From NCBI GenBank assembly GCA_028710985.1, contig JAQTTB010000002.1:6888-70887 (forward strand): DNA of 64,000 nucleotides, written 5' to 3'. A model generated the notes under the pieces. It ran no database searches. It was not told the DNA's origin and worked only from the letters and a program-made list of their open reading frames with translations. Shown here piece by piece: positions 50,120 to 60,065 of the stretch. Made by a program: the position numbers and the translations under genes. The DNA is from Patescibacteria group bacterium. Its GTDB lineage: Bacteria; Patescibacteriota; Patescibacteriia; JAHJFT01. Numbering within the stretch: the stretch's first letter is position 1; each line of letters opens with the position of its first letter.

Positions 50120-50995
50120 ATGAACAAAACTATGACTAAAAACGCCAAAATTTACGCCGTAATCGCCATTGTAGCGGTTCTTGGGGCAGGTTACGGAGTT
50201 TATCACCTCTTAGGCAACAATGCACCGCGTGGGGCCGAAACAACAGACATGGCCTCCATTACGAACTTTGACCAGTGCGTCGAAGCGGGATTCGCCATAA
50301 TGAAGTCCTATCCCGAGCAATGTATGACTTCCGACGGACGGATTTTCGTAAACCAAAATCCGCCGGCAGAAAGCGAACTCAATAAAGCCGAAGAAGCGAT
50401 CCGCACTTTTATGGGAGAGCCGAATCTGGAGTTGCAATACACCGGCCAGAATAATCATCTCTCCAACTTCGCAGTCTTGAGCAACGTCAAACAAAACGAC
50501 GGCGGGTTCACGGCCGACAATCCAGAAGAATGGGATCGCCCGATTTACATTTTTCAACAAAAAGATTTTATCAACGACCGCTGTGAAATTTACGAATACG
50601 AAGTGAGCACGAAAACCTACCAGGTCATCCAGGTCGGCATCAGATATCCACAGGAGCGTAGCGCAGTCATGCCAGGCAACTGCCCTGGCAACGGATCGCT
50701 GGACTGGCCGCTTATGAGCAAAGACGAAATCGAACAGGCCGCGTTCTCATACCTCGGCCATGATCCGGAACACACTAAGTTTTTAATAAGGTCTGACATC
50801 CAGCCGCAATACATATCCAGCAAACCGGACGCGAAAAATCCGGCGGCCAATGAATGGCGCTGGGAGGATAAAAGCTACAAATTGCCGGACGGACTTATGG
50901 GCGACCCATGGCCTTATCCGACTATGAGAATAATAATGTCGGCCGGCGGTAAGTTGGTTTATTACCTGAACACCACCGACCTATTTAAAAACTAA
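50120..50995 (+). CDS. membrane-anchored exported hypothetical protein
   Basis: N-terminal TM followed by ITNFDQCVEAGFAIMKSYPEQC.TSDG..F motif. Confidence 0.8.
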   Translation: MNKTMTKNAKIYAVIAIVAVLGAGYGVYHLLGNNAPRGAETTDMASITNFDQCVEAGFAIMKSYPEQCMTSDGRIFVNQNPPAESELNKAEEAIRTFMGEPNLELQYTGQNNHLSNFAVLSNVKQNDGGFTADNPEEWDRPIYIFQQKDFINDRCEIYEYEVSTKTYQVIQVGIRYPQERSAVMPGNCPGNGSLDWPLMSKDEIEQAAFSYLGHDPEHTKFLIRSDIQPQYISSKPDAKNPAANEWRWEDKSYKLPDGLMGDPWPYPTMRIIMSAGGKLVYYLNTTDLFKN

Positions 50996-50996
50996 T

Positions 50997-52607
50997 ATGA
51001 ACCAGGAAGTACAACCAAAATTCAAGTACTTCCTCTACGCTCGAAAATCTTCAGAACAAGAAGATAGACAGGTCCTTTCGATTGACTCGCAAAAGAGCGA
51101 ACTGGAAGCGCTTGCAAAAAGAGAAAAGCTCCAAATTGTGGAGCGTCTGGAAGAATCATACTCGGCCAAAGCACCGGGCCGTGAGATTTTCAATCAGATG
51201 ATAAAACGGATAGAGAAAGGCGAAGCTGAGGGCATAATCGCCTGGCATCCGAACCGGCTCTCGCGTAATTCCGTGGACACCGGATACCTGGTCTATCTCA
51301 TGGATCAGAACAGGCTTCAGGACATACGTACACCCGGTCAGGCCTATCGAAACACACCGAATGATAAATTTCTTCTTAACCTCCTGTGTAGTCAGGCTAA
51401 ACTTGAAAATGATAATAAGGGTATTGATGTAAAACGCGGACTAAGGCGCAAGGTAGAAATGGGTTGGCACCCTGGGCCAGCACCGGTTGGCTATATGAAC
51501 ACGCCAGATAAGCTGAAAGGTTTTAAAACGATCCGCAAAGACCCGAAGATGTTTCCGATTGTTCGGAAAATGTTTGATATGCTTTTAAGCGGAGATTTTA
51601 CCGCTCCCCGTGTTCATGAGATTGCTATTAGCAATTGGGGCGTAAAGAAATTAGCGCGAAGCGGATTCTACCGCGTGCTTTATAATCCTTTCTATTATGG
51701 CTGGTTTGAATGGCCACAAGGCTCAGGTAACTGGCACAAAGGCAAGCACGAGCCGATGATCACACGCGACGAATACGACCGAGTCCAAAAACTACTCGGC
51801 CATGGGAGCAAACCAAAACCGGAAACCCACACTTTCGCTTACACCGGCATGATTCGTTGCGGCGAGTGCGGCTGTATGGTTACGGCCGAGAATAAAATAA
51901 AGAAAAACAAAAACGGCAACGTCCATCACTACACCTATTATCACTGCACTAAAAGAAAAGGTCCGTGCAGTCAGAAATGCATTGAGGTGGATGAACTGGA
52001 AAAACAGATCAAAAAAACGTTGGCCAAAGTTCAGCCACCGGAAGAATTCCACGGCTGGGCAATGAAGTGGCTTCAGAACGAAAACGGACGCGAGGCGGCC
52101 GATCGAAACGCAATACTTTCCAACCAACAAAAGAATTACGAAGTCTGCGTGAAAAAACTAGACGCTTTAATTGATATGCGCGCCGCCGGCGAGATCAGCG
52201 AAGAAGAATTCACACGCAAGAAATCGGAAGTCAACCAGGAAAAAGCCAAGTTGCACGAACTTCTAAATGACACTGACAGCCGCATAGACAGCTGGCTTCA
52301 GACGGCCGATAACATTTTAACCTTCGCCGGCGACGCCAACGAAGCGTTCACAGAACGAGGCCAGCATGCGAGAAAAGTAATTTTGTCTGCCCTCGGTTCG
52401 AACCTCCTCTTAAAAGACAAAAACATAAGAATTGACACGGATTCCGCGCTTCTGCCGTTAATTCTTGTCTCATCCGGGTCAAATCAAAAAATTGGACGGT
52501 TAGAACCTGCCCAAATAGGCTCTAATAAAGAGAAAAGCGGAGCTTTTGGCTCCGCAAATCCCACATGGCTCTGGGGGTGGGATTCGAACCCACGACCAAT
52601 TGGTTAA
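50997..52607 (+). CDS. large serine recombinase; 3' end runs antisense through tRNA-Asn
   Basis: YARKSS catalytic motif, SAK..GR, RLSRN, recombinase domain, CGECG..YYHC zinc ribbon, coiled coil. Confidence 0.95.
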   Translation: MNQEVQPKFKYFLYARKSSEQEDRQVLSIDSQKSELEALAKREKLQIVERLEESYSAKAPGREIFNQMIKRIEKGEAEGIIAWHPNRLSRNSVDTGYLVYLMDQNRLQDIRTPGQAYRNTPNDKFLLNLLCSQAKLENDNKGIDVKRGLRRKVEMGWHPGPAPVGYMNTPDKLKGFKTIRKDPKMFPIVRKMFDMLLSGDFTAPRVHEIAISNWGVKKLARSGFYRVLYNPFYYGWFEWPQGSGNWHKGKHEPMITRDEYDRVQKLLGHGSKPKPETHTFAYTGMIRCGECGCMVTAENKIKKNKNGNVHHYTYYHCTKRKGPCSQKCIEVDELEKQIKKTLAKVQPPEEFHGWAMKWLQNENGREAADRNAILSNQQKNYEVCVKKLDALIDMRAAGEISEEEFTRKKSEVNQEKAKLHELLNDTDSRIDSWLQTADNILTFAGDANEAFTERGQHARKVILSALGSNLLLKDKNIRIDTDSALLPLILVSSGSNQKIGRLEPAQIGSNKEKSGAFGSANPTWLWGWDSNPRPIG

Positions 52608-52640
52608 CAGCCAACTGCTCTGCCACTGAGCTACCCCAGA
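52566..52640 (-). tRNA. tRNA-Asn(GTT)
   Basis: TCTGGGG/CCCCAGA acceptor, anticodon loop CTGTTAA, GGTTCGAATCC, encoded CCA. Confidence 0.97.
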
Positions 52641-52677
52641 AAACATTTGGCCATCTTAATACGTATGGCCAAAAAAA

Positions 52678-53988
<1,311 letters not shown>

Positions 53989-54013
53989 TGTTTGAAAAAA
54001 ATTTTACGATTTT

Positions 54014-55804
54014 CTAATCTGAGCTTTCCAATCCTTGGTATTTTTTCATAATTTTCTCAACCAGTTCCTTATCCCCTTTTTCTTCGGCTTCCCTCATCTG
54101 TTTGACAAGTTTTTGTTTTTCGTTCGTGTGATAAAGAGCTTCAGCGTAAGCGCATATTTTCAAAAGCTCTTTTTGCAAATCCGCGCTCTCAAAGTCTGGC
54201 CAGTCACGCTCGCCGGCCAGCGCCAGCTTCCGAAAAAAATCCACTCCCCCCTTATCCGGTGAACTCTTTTCAATAAATTTCTCTAATTCTTGATAAATAT
54301 TGCCTTCACCCGAACGCGCATCATTATAAAACAAAATCAGATTCTTGTACAGCTGTTGATAACTTTCCGACCAGATATACTCGGGATGGAAGTCGGCCTG
54401 GACCGCGGTAATGAGTTCGGGCCGGTTAATGAGTATGGAAATCAGTTTCGCCCAGACACGCTCTTCTTTGGTTTCTTCGGCCAGGACCGGCTTTGGCGGT
54501 TCCGGGGCGGCCTGCTCCTTAATGCGCGCCGGAGCGGGCAGGGATTCGCGCAAAATTTGTTCGCCCACGTCAATCATTTTTGAAAGCTGCTGCAGCCAAT
54601 GCGACTGCTCCACTCTATTTTTAATCCTGGCGATTTCCGAAAGCAGAAAAACTGACGCCTGCTTTTTTCCGGACGCGGAATTCAGATCAAAATTTTTCTT
54701 TGCGACTGAAAAATAATATTCCATGGCGCCGACTTTTTCTTTGATTGCTTTTTTCCAGAGTTCGGGGTCGCGGTTCGCGAGTTCATCCGGATCCTTTGCG
54801 CCGGAAATAAGAATCACGCTCACATTCATATCGCTCGCAAGCGCCATGTCAATGCCGCGCTTGACCGCCGTCTGTCCGGCCGCGTCCGCGTCAAACGCGA
54901 ACGCGATATTCTGGGTATAGCGTTTGATGATGCCGACCTGCTCGGCCGTGAGCGCCGTGCCGGATGAAGCGATGGCGTTCTTTACGCCGACGCGGTGCGA
55001 GGTTATCGCATCCATATTGCCCTCAACCATTACCGCGAGATCCTCCTGCTGGATGGCGCGCTTTGCTCGGTCCAGGCCGTAAATTACTTCGCTCTTATTA
55101 TAAATCTTTGTCTGCGGCGTATTGATATATTTTGCCTCCTTGGCTTCGGGGTCCAGAAGCCGCGCCGTGAATCCCACGGTATTGCCGTGGATGTTGCGGA
55201 TCGGAAACACCACCCGGCCGCGGAACCGATCGTAATACCCGCTGCCGCGCTCTTTGCGCGACACGAGCCCGGCCTCGTTGATATCCGACTCGCTGTATTC
55301 TTTCTTTTTTAAAAAATTCAATAATATCTCCCATTTATCCGGCGCGTAGCCGAGCATAAACTCCTCCACGACATCGGCCGGCAGATTTCTTTTTTCAATA
55401 TACTTTCTTGCCGCCTCGGCCGACTGTGATTCAAGCAGCACGCGGTGGTAAAACTTGGCCGCGAGATCATTGAGCGCGATAAGCTTCTGCCGCAAGCCGG
55501 TCTGCTCGCGGTTATACTCCGGCAAAGTAACGCCCGCCTTAGCCGCGAGTAACCGCAATGCCTCGGGAAAATCCACGCCGTCCATTTTCATGACAAACGC
55601 GAACTGATCCCCGCCCTCGCCGCAGCCGAAGCAGTGCCAAATCTGTTTTGACTTTGATACAAAAAAAGACGGCGTCTTTTCATGATGAAACGGGCAGCAT
55701 GCCTTAAAACTGCCGGACCCAGCCGGCCGGAGCTGCAGATACTCGCCGATCAAATCAACGATATCCAGTTTAGATTTTATTTGTTCAATCTCGCTCATAT
55801 CCAA
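54014..55804 (-). CDS. dnaG: DNA primase
   Basis: CPFH.EKTPSF..CFGC, DRFRGR, KYINTP, VEGNMD, FDADAAG, KDPD. Confidence 0.97.
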   Translation of the reverse strand: MDMSEIEQIKSKLDIVDLIGEYLQLRPAGSGSFKACCPFHHEKTPSFFVSKSKQIWHCFGCGEGGDQFAFVMKMDGVDFPEALRLLAAKAGVTLPEYNREQTGLRQKLIALNDLAAKFYHRVLLESQSAEAARKYIEKRNLPADVVEEFMLGYAPDKWEILLNFLKKKEYSESDINEAGLVSRKERGSGYYDRFRGRVVFPIRNIHGNTVGFTARLLDPEAKEAKYINTPQTKIYNKSEVIYGLDRAKRAIQQEDLAVMVEGNMDAITSHRVGVKNAIASSGTALTAEQVGIIKRYTQNIAFAFDADAAGQTAVKRGIDMALASDMNVSVILISGAKDPDELANRDPELWKKAIKEKVGAMEYYFSVAKKNFDLNSASGKKQASVFLLSEIARIKNRVEQSHWLQQLSKMIDVGEQILRESLPAPARIKEQAAPEPPKPVLAEETKEERVWAKLISILINRPELITAVQADFHPEYIWSESYQQLYKNLILFYNDARSGEGNIYQELEKFIEKSSPDKGGVDFFRKLALAGERDWPDFESADLQKELLKICAYAEALYHTNEKQKLVKQMREAEEKGDKELVEKIMKKYQGLESSD

Positions 55805-55813
55805 TATCGAAAT

Positions 55814-56713
55814 TTAAATCGAAACCACAATCAATGACCGTTCATGCCCATATTTTTCCGGAGCATCCACCGTTGCTTTTCGGGCAGTGAATTTCTTAAA
55901 ACACTCTTCCATGTCGTGGGGCCATTGGCTAAGAATTGAAAGAAATTCTGGCAATTCCATATACTCCTCAAAACCATCGGTGATAACCGCGACCAAGTCG
56001 CCCGGCTCCACTTCGAAACTTCCGAAATTAAGATAACGATTGGCCGCTTCTTCGCCGGTCACCACGCCGTAACCGATCAGCTTGCCCTCGTCGTTTACTC
56101 CATTCCGTTTCTGACTCCATACATACTGCGCCTTGGCTTTCACGTCGTTTGCATCTCCCACATATGGCGGCGCTTCGGCCTCGACCTTTGCATTTATATC
56201 CGGTGATTTAAAAAACAGCGAACCGTCATTTTTAAAATGCATAATATATGAATCGCCAATCGAACCCCAGTACACTTTTTTGTCTATTATTACCGCAAAC
56301 GCGGCTGTGGCGGCGTAAAAATCATTATTCCAATAATCAACCGTTTCTTTTGTGCGTCCGTGCTCTTGATTATACTTCCCCGCCGCCTGGTTGGCTATTT
56401 GAAAAATTTCCCTAATGTCAGATTCATGAAATAACTCATATTTGTCTTCCGCGGCTTTTAAAAATTCTTCGCAAAACACGCGCGCAATCTCCCCGGCCGG
56501 CGACAGATTGGGATATTCTTTCCTCTCGACCAGATACTGGATCAGCGTAACTCCATCGGCCACCACAAAAATCGGATACTTCTCGGAAACAAGCAAAAAA
56601 TCTTCTTTTGGATGAAGACCATTCTTAATGTCTTCGAGCTTTAACCCAAATTCTCGAAGAGCGATTTTAATAAACTCTTTTGACGGTGGTTCAATGATAC
56701 TGAATTTTTTCAT
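55814..56713 (-). CDS. PP2C-like phosphatase domain protein
   Basis: ED, VVADG, IGDS, ITDG motifs; start reset to MKKFS downstream of tRNA-Ser. Confidence 0.8.
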   Translation of the reverse strand: MKKFSIIEPPSKEFIKIALREFGLKLEDIKNGLHPKEDFLLVSEKYPIFVVADGVTLIQYLVERKEYPNLSPAGEIARVFCEEFLKAAEDKYELFHESDIREIFQIANQAAGKYNQEHGRTKETVDYWNNDFYAATAAFAVIIDKKVYWGSIGDSYIMHFKNDGSLFFKSPDINAKVEAEAPPYVGDANDVKAKAQYVWSQKRNGVNDEGKLIGYGVVTGEEAANRYLNFGSFEVEPGDLVAVITDGFEEYMELPEFLSILSQWPHDMEECFKKFTARKATVDAPEKYGHERSLIVVSI

Positions 56714-56736
56714 GTTTAGGGTAAAGTTTTGAAATC

Positions 56737-56824
56737 TGGCGGTGGGAGTGGGATTCGAACCCACGATACCTTGCGGTATACACGCTTTCCAAGCGTGCGC
56801 CATCGGCCACTCGGCCATCCCACC
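56737..56824 (-). tRNA. tRNA-Ser(GGA)
   Basis: GGTGGGA/TCCCACC acceptor, loop TTGGAAA, long variable arm, encoded CCA. Confidence 0.97.
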
Positions 56825-56948
56825 ATTGAGGAATTTTAAACGTTTTTAAATAATATCCATCCTTTCCTTATCTAGCTCTTTCGGCCACCCCCGCAAAACG
56901 GGGCCCCGCTGCGCGGGGTCGGCCATCCCACCATTAAGGAATTTTAAA
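56811..56948. repeat. 30-bp direct repeat duplicating the tRNA-Ser 5' end and leader
   Basis: TCGGCCATCCCACCATT(G/A)AGGAATTTTAAA at 56811-56840 and 56919-56948. Confidence 0.85.
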
Positions 56949-57089
56949 TTTTAAGTTTTAAATTTTAATTCAATTTTAAATTACCAATCTCAAATGACTC
57001 AATGTAGGCATATTGTACCATTTTAGCCTTATTTTTTCAACCCCGCCCGGCTGCTAGATTCTAGATTCTAGCTACTAGATTCTGGTAAT

Positions 57090-57118
57090 AAAAAAAAGAG
57101 CCGCTTGCGCGGACTCTT
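57090..57118 (-). terminator. intrinsic terminator after the tRNA-like RNA
   Basis: AAGAGTCCGC-GCAA-GCGGCTCTT followed by a T-tract on the minus strand. Confidence 0.75.
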
Positions 57119-57163
57119 AGGGGAAGAAAAAAGAACTAACACAGACCATGGGCCTGCAGAATT

Positions 57164-57281
57164 GAAGGGACGGCGGGAATCGAACCCGCAACCTTTCCGG
57201 TTCCGGAATCGTGCTCAAGATAGGAGGTCAGTCCTTAGTCGACTCCGGTCGTTAACGCTCTGCCAGTTGAGCTACGTCCCT
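57164..57281 (-). ncRNA. tRNA-like RNA with intact acceptor, D and T arms and an expanded non-canonical anticodon domain
   Basis: AGGGACG/CGTCCCT; TAGCTCAACTGGCAGAGC; AGGTT-GCGGG-TTCGATT-CCCGC; ~60 nt where 17 nt are expected. Confidence 0.75.
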
Positions 57282-57561
57282 GTTGGGCACCGCGCTACCG
57301 CTGGCGCAAAGGCCGATGCGGTTTTTGCGGCGGTACCCTGCCCGGTTTCCCCCCTGCTCTGAACGGGCATATGCCTGATGCGGCGATCGGACTTTTTTGT
57401 CGGCCGGCTGATTTGTCGCCGGCTTGAGCGGGTCCGCACGCTCTTCCCGTCGTGCGCGGTTTTTGTTTCTCGGAGGAAACCGCGTTTATCCCCCATCGAG
57501 AGTGTTATCTGGTGCGCACCTCCGCTCGGCCGGAACGGATAACGGGGTTATCTCTTGCCCG

Positions 57562-57675
57562 CTATCCTCTCGCCGCTCTGATGGTCTTCTTCGGATCGTA
57601 CCACTTCTCGGTCTTCCTTCGCCTGGTTGGGCGCGCGCTCCGGATCTGCGACGGCGATGCCCTGGAGTAGCTCAT
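57562..57675 (-). CDS. 37-aa Arg/Lys-rich peptide (below the ORF-track cutoff)
   Basis: AAAGGAG SD; MSYSRASPSQIRSARPTRRRKTEKWYDPKKTIRAARG*; promoter TTGACG(57755-57750)-17-TAATAT. Confidence 0.5.
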   Translation of the reverse strand: MSYSRASPSQIRSARPTRRRKTEKWYDPKKTIRAARG

Positions 57676-57827
57676 CCTCGAGCTCCTTTCTCCCATGAAT
57701 GGTTGATGGGACCTCTCCACGAAAATATATTAATACATCAACCGCTGCCCGTCAACCAACTTATTCAAAATATGAATATAAAAAAATGCCAGGTTCCTTG
57801 CGGAAACCTGGCTTGAGAACGAAGGTG

Positions 57828-59390
57828 CTACTTCTTGGGAATGACCGGCTCGCAGTCGTGGATAACTATCCATCCGTCTTCGAGCGTGTAGTCCTCGCCC
57901 AGGCACTTGATGCGCCTGGGGATGACGAATTTCTCCTCGCTGACCTGGCTCTTGACCTGGCTCTGGAGTAACGAGATTTGACCCTCGAGTGACGAGATCT
58001 GGCCTTCGAGACCGGAGACTTGTCCTTCGAGTTCGCCTTTCTCGTTCTGGAGCTCCTGCACTCGTTTGGCATCCTCCCTGCCCTGCTGCAGGTCTTTGTC
58101 CAACGGGGGGCTGAAGACCTTCATCACGCCGTCGGTTGAGTACCAGGTGTAAATCTCCGGCTCCTCGCTCGCGGCGGAAGATTCGGCCGTCTCGGTCTCA
58201 TCCTCGGCTGAAGCGACAATGACCATGTCGGTCTGCTCCACCGGGACCGCGGTTTCCTCCAAGGCGTCGCCTGCTTCGGCATCGCTCGGCGCGATGACCA
58301 CGGGCTCGATGTCCGCCGGAGCGGGCACGGGCTCCACCTTGGTCAGGGCGGCCATGGAGTCATCCGTCTCGTGCTGCATGTCCTTGCCGCCGAACAGCCT
58401 ATTCCACCCCTGCCATTCATCCCGGCTGGTGACAACCAGGACGGTGACCAGGAACGCGGCCACGACTACGAAGCCGCCGACCGGCCACCATCTCTTGAAT
58501 TTGGACTTGGACTTCTCGACTTCCGCCATCGGCGCCTTGTCCGGAGAATCCTTGCCCTTTCCATTGTCCATTGCCTTATCCTCCTTTTTCTGCGCGAACT
58601 CGATCAATCGCTCGATCTTGTTCACTGTGCCGTTGTTGTCCCACTCGATGGCATACGCCACGGTTTCCGGCCGCACCGCGATCTGGACAATCTTGAACTT
58701 CACTAATCCGTTGCTGTCGGTCATGCCACTGTCGCTTTCCGCGGTTGGGCAGTCATCATCACTGAGACCGTCTCCCATGAGCATGATCTTGACATTCTTC
58801 GTATCCGGGACAAGGGTAATCATGATGCCGGTTGCCGCCTTATCGTGTTCGCGCACACGCGCGCGCACGGCGGCCGGCGAACCGACGTGCACCGAGTCCG
58901 GCGCTTCCACATCGCAGTGAAGCTCGCGCTGCGCCATTCTTTCCCCAATGCTGATGAACTCGGGTTCGGTAAGCAGCGCCTGTTCATCGCCGAAAACCGC
59001 CACCAGGCGCTCGATCGAATCCTCGACCCTGGTGTCCGGATTCAGCCACGAAATGTTAATCTTGGCGTCGCCCGGCCGGTCAAGACAGACCGTGAAATCG
59101 GCACGGCCGTCCGCGCTTGTCCCCTTCCCCACGTTCAGGCTGGGCGTTGATTCGAGCATTTCTCTCAGCTCGTTCTCCTTGCCCATCATGTCGTCCGGTA
59201 TGCACATACGCGTAATATCCGGATCGTCCAAGATATGCGCCGAACCTTCGGCCGTCACGAAAACCGTGACATTCTGAACCGGGCACGTGCCGCGCAGGGC
59301 AACGACCCTTATGATGACGATATCGCCGACCGACGCCATGTCGGTCGTATCGTCAACGATGACTTTAAAACCGTTTGGCTGGTCTTCCAT
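57828..59390 (-). CDS. orphan membrane protein: two Ig-like (Big_1-like) repeats, TM, acidic linker, coiled coil
   Basis: GTSADGRADF and GMTDSNGLVKF motifs; KRWW followed by TM; EGQ(V/I)S.L heptads. Confidence 0.75.
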   Translation of the reverse strand: MEDQPNGFKVIVDDTTDMASVGDIVIIRVVALRGTCPVQNVTVFVTAEGSAHILDDPDITRMCIPDDMMGKENELREMLESTPSLNVGKGTSADGRADFTVCLDRPGDAKINISWLNPDTRVEDSIERLVAVFGDEQALLTEPEFISIGERMAQRELHCDVEAPDSVHVGSPAAVRARVREHDKAATGIMITLVPDTKNVKIMLMGDGLSDDDCPTAESDSGMTDSNGLVKFKIVQIAVRPETVAYAIEWDNNGTVNKIERLIEFAQKKEDKAMDNGKGKDSPDKAPMAEVEKSKSKFKRWWPVGGFVVVAAFLVTVLVVTSRDEWQGWNRLFGGKDMQHETDDSMAALTKVEPVPAPADIEPVVIAPSDAEAGDALEETAVPVEQTDMVIVASAEDETETAESSAASEEPEIYTWYSTDGVMKVFSPPLDKDLQQGREDAKRVQELQNEKGELEGQVSGLEGQISSLEGQISLLQSQVKSQVSEEKFVIPRRIKCLGEDYTLEDGWIVIHDCEPVIPKK

Positions 59391-59512
59391 TGTTCCCTCT
59401 CTTTTTTTGGTTAAAGAGCTGATTTCACAACTTAACAGAAAAGTCTAAGATTGTCAATATCCTGACCAAGATTTGAAAAATTAGCCTATTTTTGCTATAA
59501 TTTGAGTAATTT

Positions 59513-60064
59513 ATGATAATAATTCTGCTTCAGGCTTTTTATCTTGCCCTGCCGGCCTATCTTGCCAATATGGCGCCGGTTATTATTGATAAACTCCGCC
59601 TTTTTCAGTTCCTAAACAAGCCCATTGATGCCAACCGCCTCTGGCGCGACGAACCGATTTTAGGCCGAGGCAAAACCTGGCGCGGCCTGATCTGCGGCGC
59701 TCTAACTGCCGTGGCGGTTGCCGGAATCCAGGCTCTTTTATATAACGAAAATCTGTTCCGGGAAATTACTATTGTTGATTTTTCCGGATATAATTTTCTG
59801 CTTTTTGGATTCCTAGCAGGCAGCGGCGCGCTTCTCGGCGACCTGATAAAAAGTTTTTTCAAGCGCCGCCTCGGCATCTTGTCCGGCGCTTCCTGGCCGA
59901 TTGCCGACCAGCTTGATTTTATCGCCGGGTTCCTGCTCTTCACCGGGTGGCTCGTCCGTCCCGAATGGCCAGTGGTCGTTGCCCTGATTATTCTGACCCT
60001 GATTCTCCATCCTCTGACCAATCTTATCGGCTATCTGATCCGATTTAAAAAAGTCTGGTGGTAA
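59513..60064 (+). CDS. CDP-archaeol synthase (CarS/DUF46) family protein
   Basis: PAYLANMAP, PID, LG.GKTWRG, GDLIKSFFKRR, DQLDF, C-terminal K.VWW. Confidence 0.9.
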   Translation: MIIILLQAFYLALPAYLANMAPVIIDKLRLFQFLNKPIDANRLWRDEPILGRGKTWRGLICGALTAVAVAGIQALLYNENLFREITIVDFSGYNFLLFGFLAGSGALLGDLIKSFFKRRLGILSGASWPIADQLDFIAGFLLFTGWLVRPEWPVVVALIILTLILHPLTNLIGYLIRFKKVWW

Positions 60065-60065
60065 T

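Larger units (their letters stand above)
40148..52571. mobile_element. 12.4-kb integrative element at the 3' end of tRNA-Asn
   Basis: TGGCTC direct repeat at 40148-40153 and 52566-52571; serine recombinase abutting the tRNA; AT-rich defence cargo; rep-like module. Confidence 0.85.

Noticed and set aside
40148-52571. Prophage or conjugative ICE
   Set aside because: No structural, terminase, relaxase or T4SS genes recognised.
56714-56818. N-terminal extension of the PP2C-like ORF
   Set aside because: It is the tRNA-Ser sequence read in frame; the likely start is 56713.
57282-57560. RNase P RNA, tmRNA or group I/II intron
   Set aside because: Only AAAGTCCG resembles RNase P P4. The tRNA-like part has a full D arm, unlike tmRNA, and no intron core motifs were found by eye.
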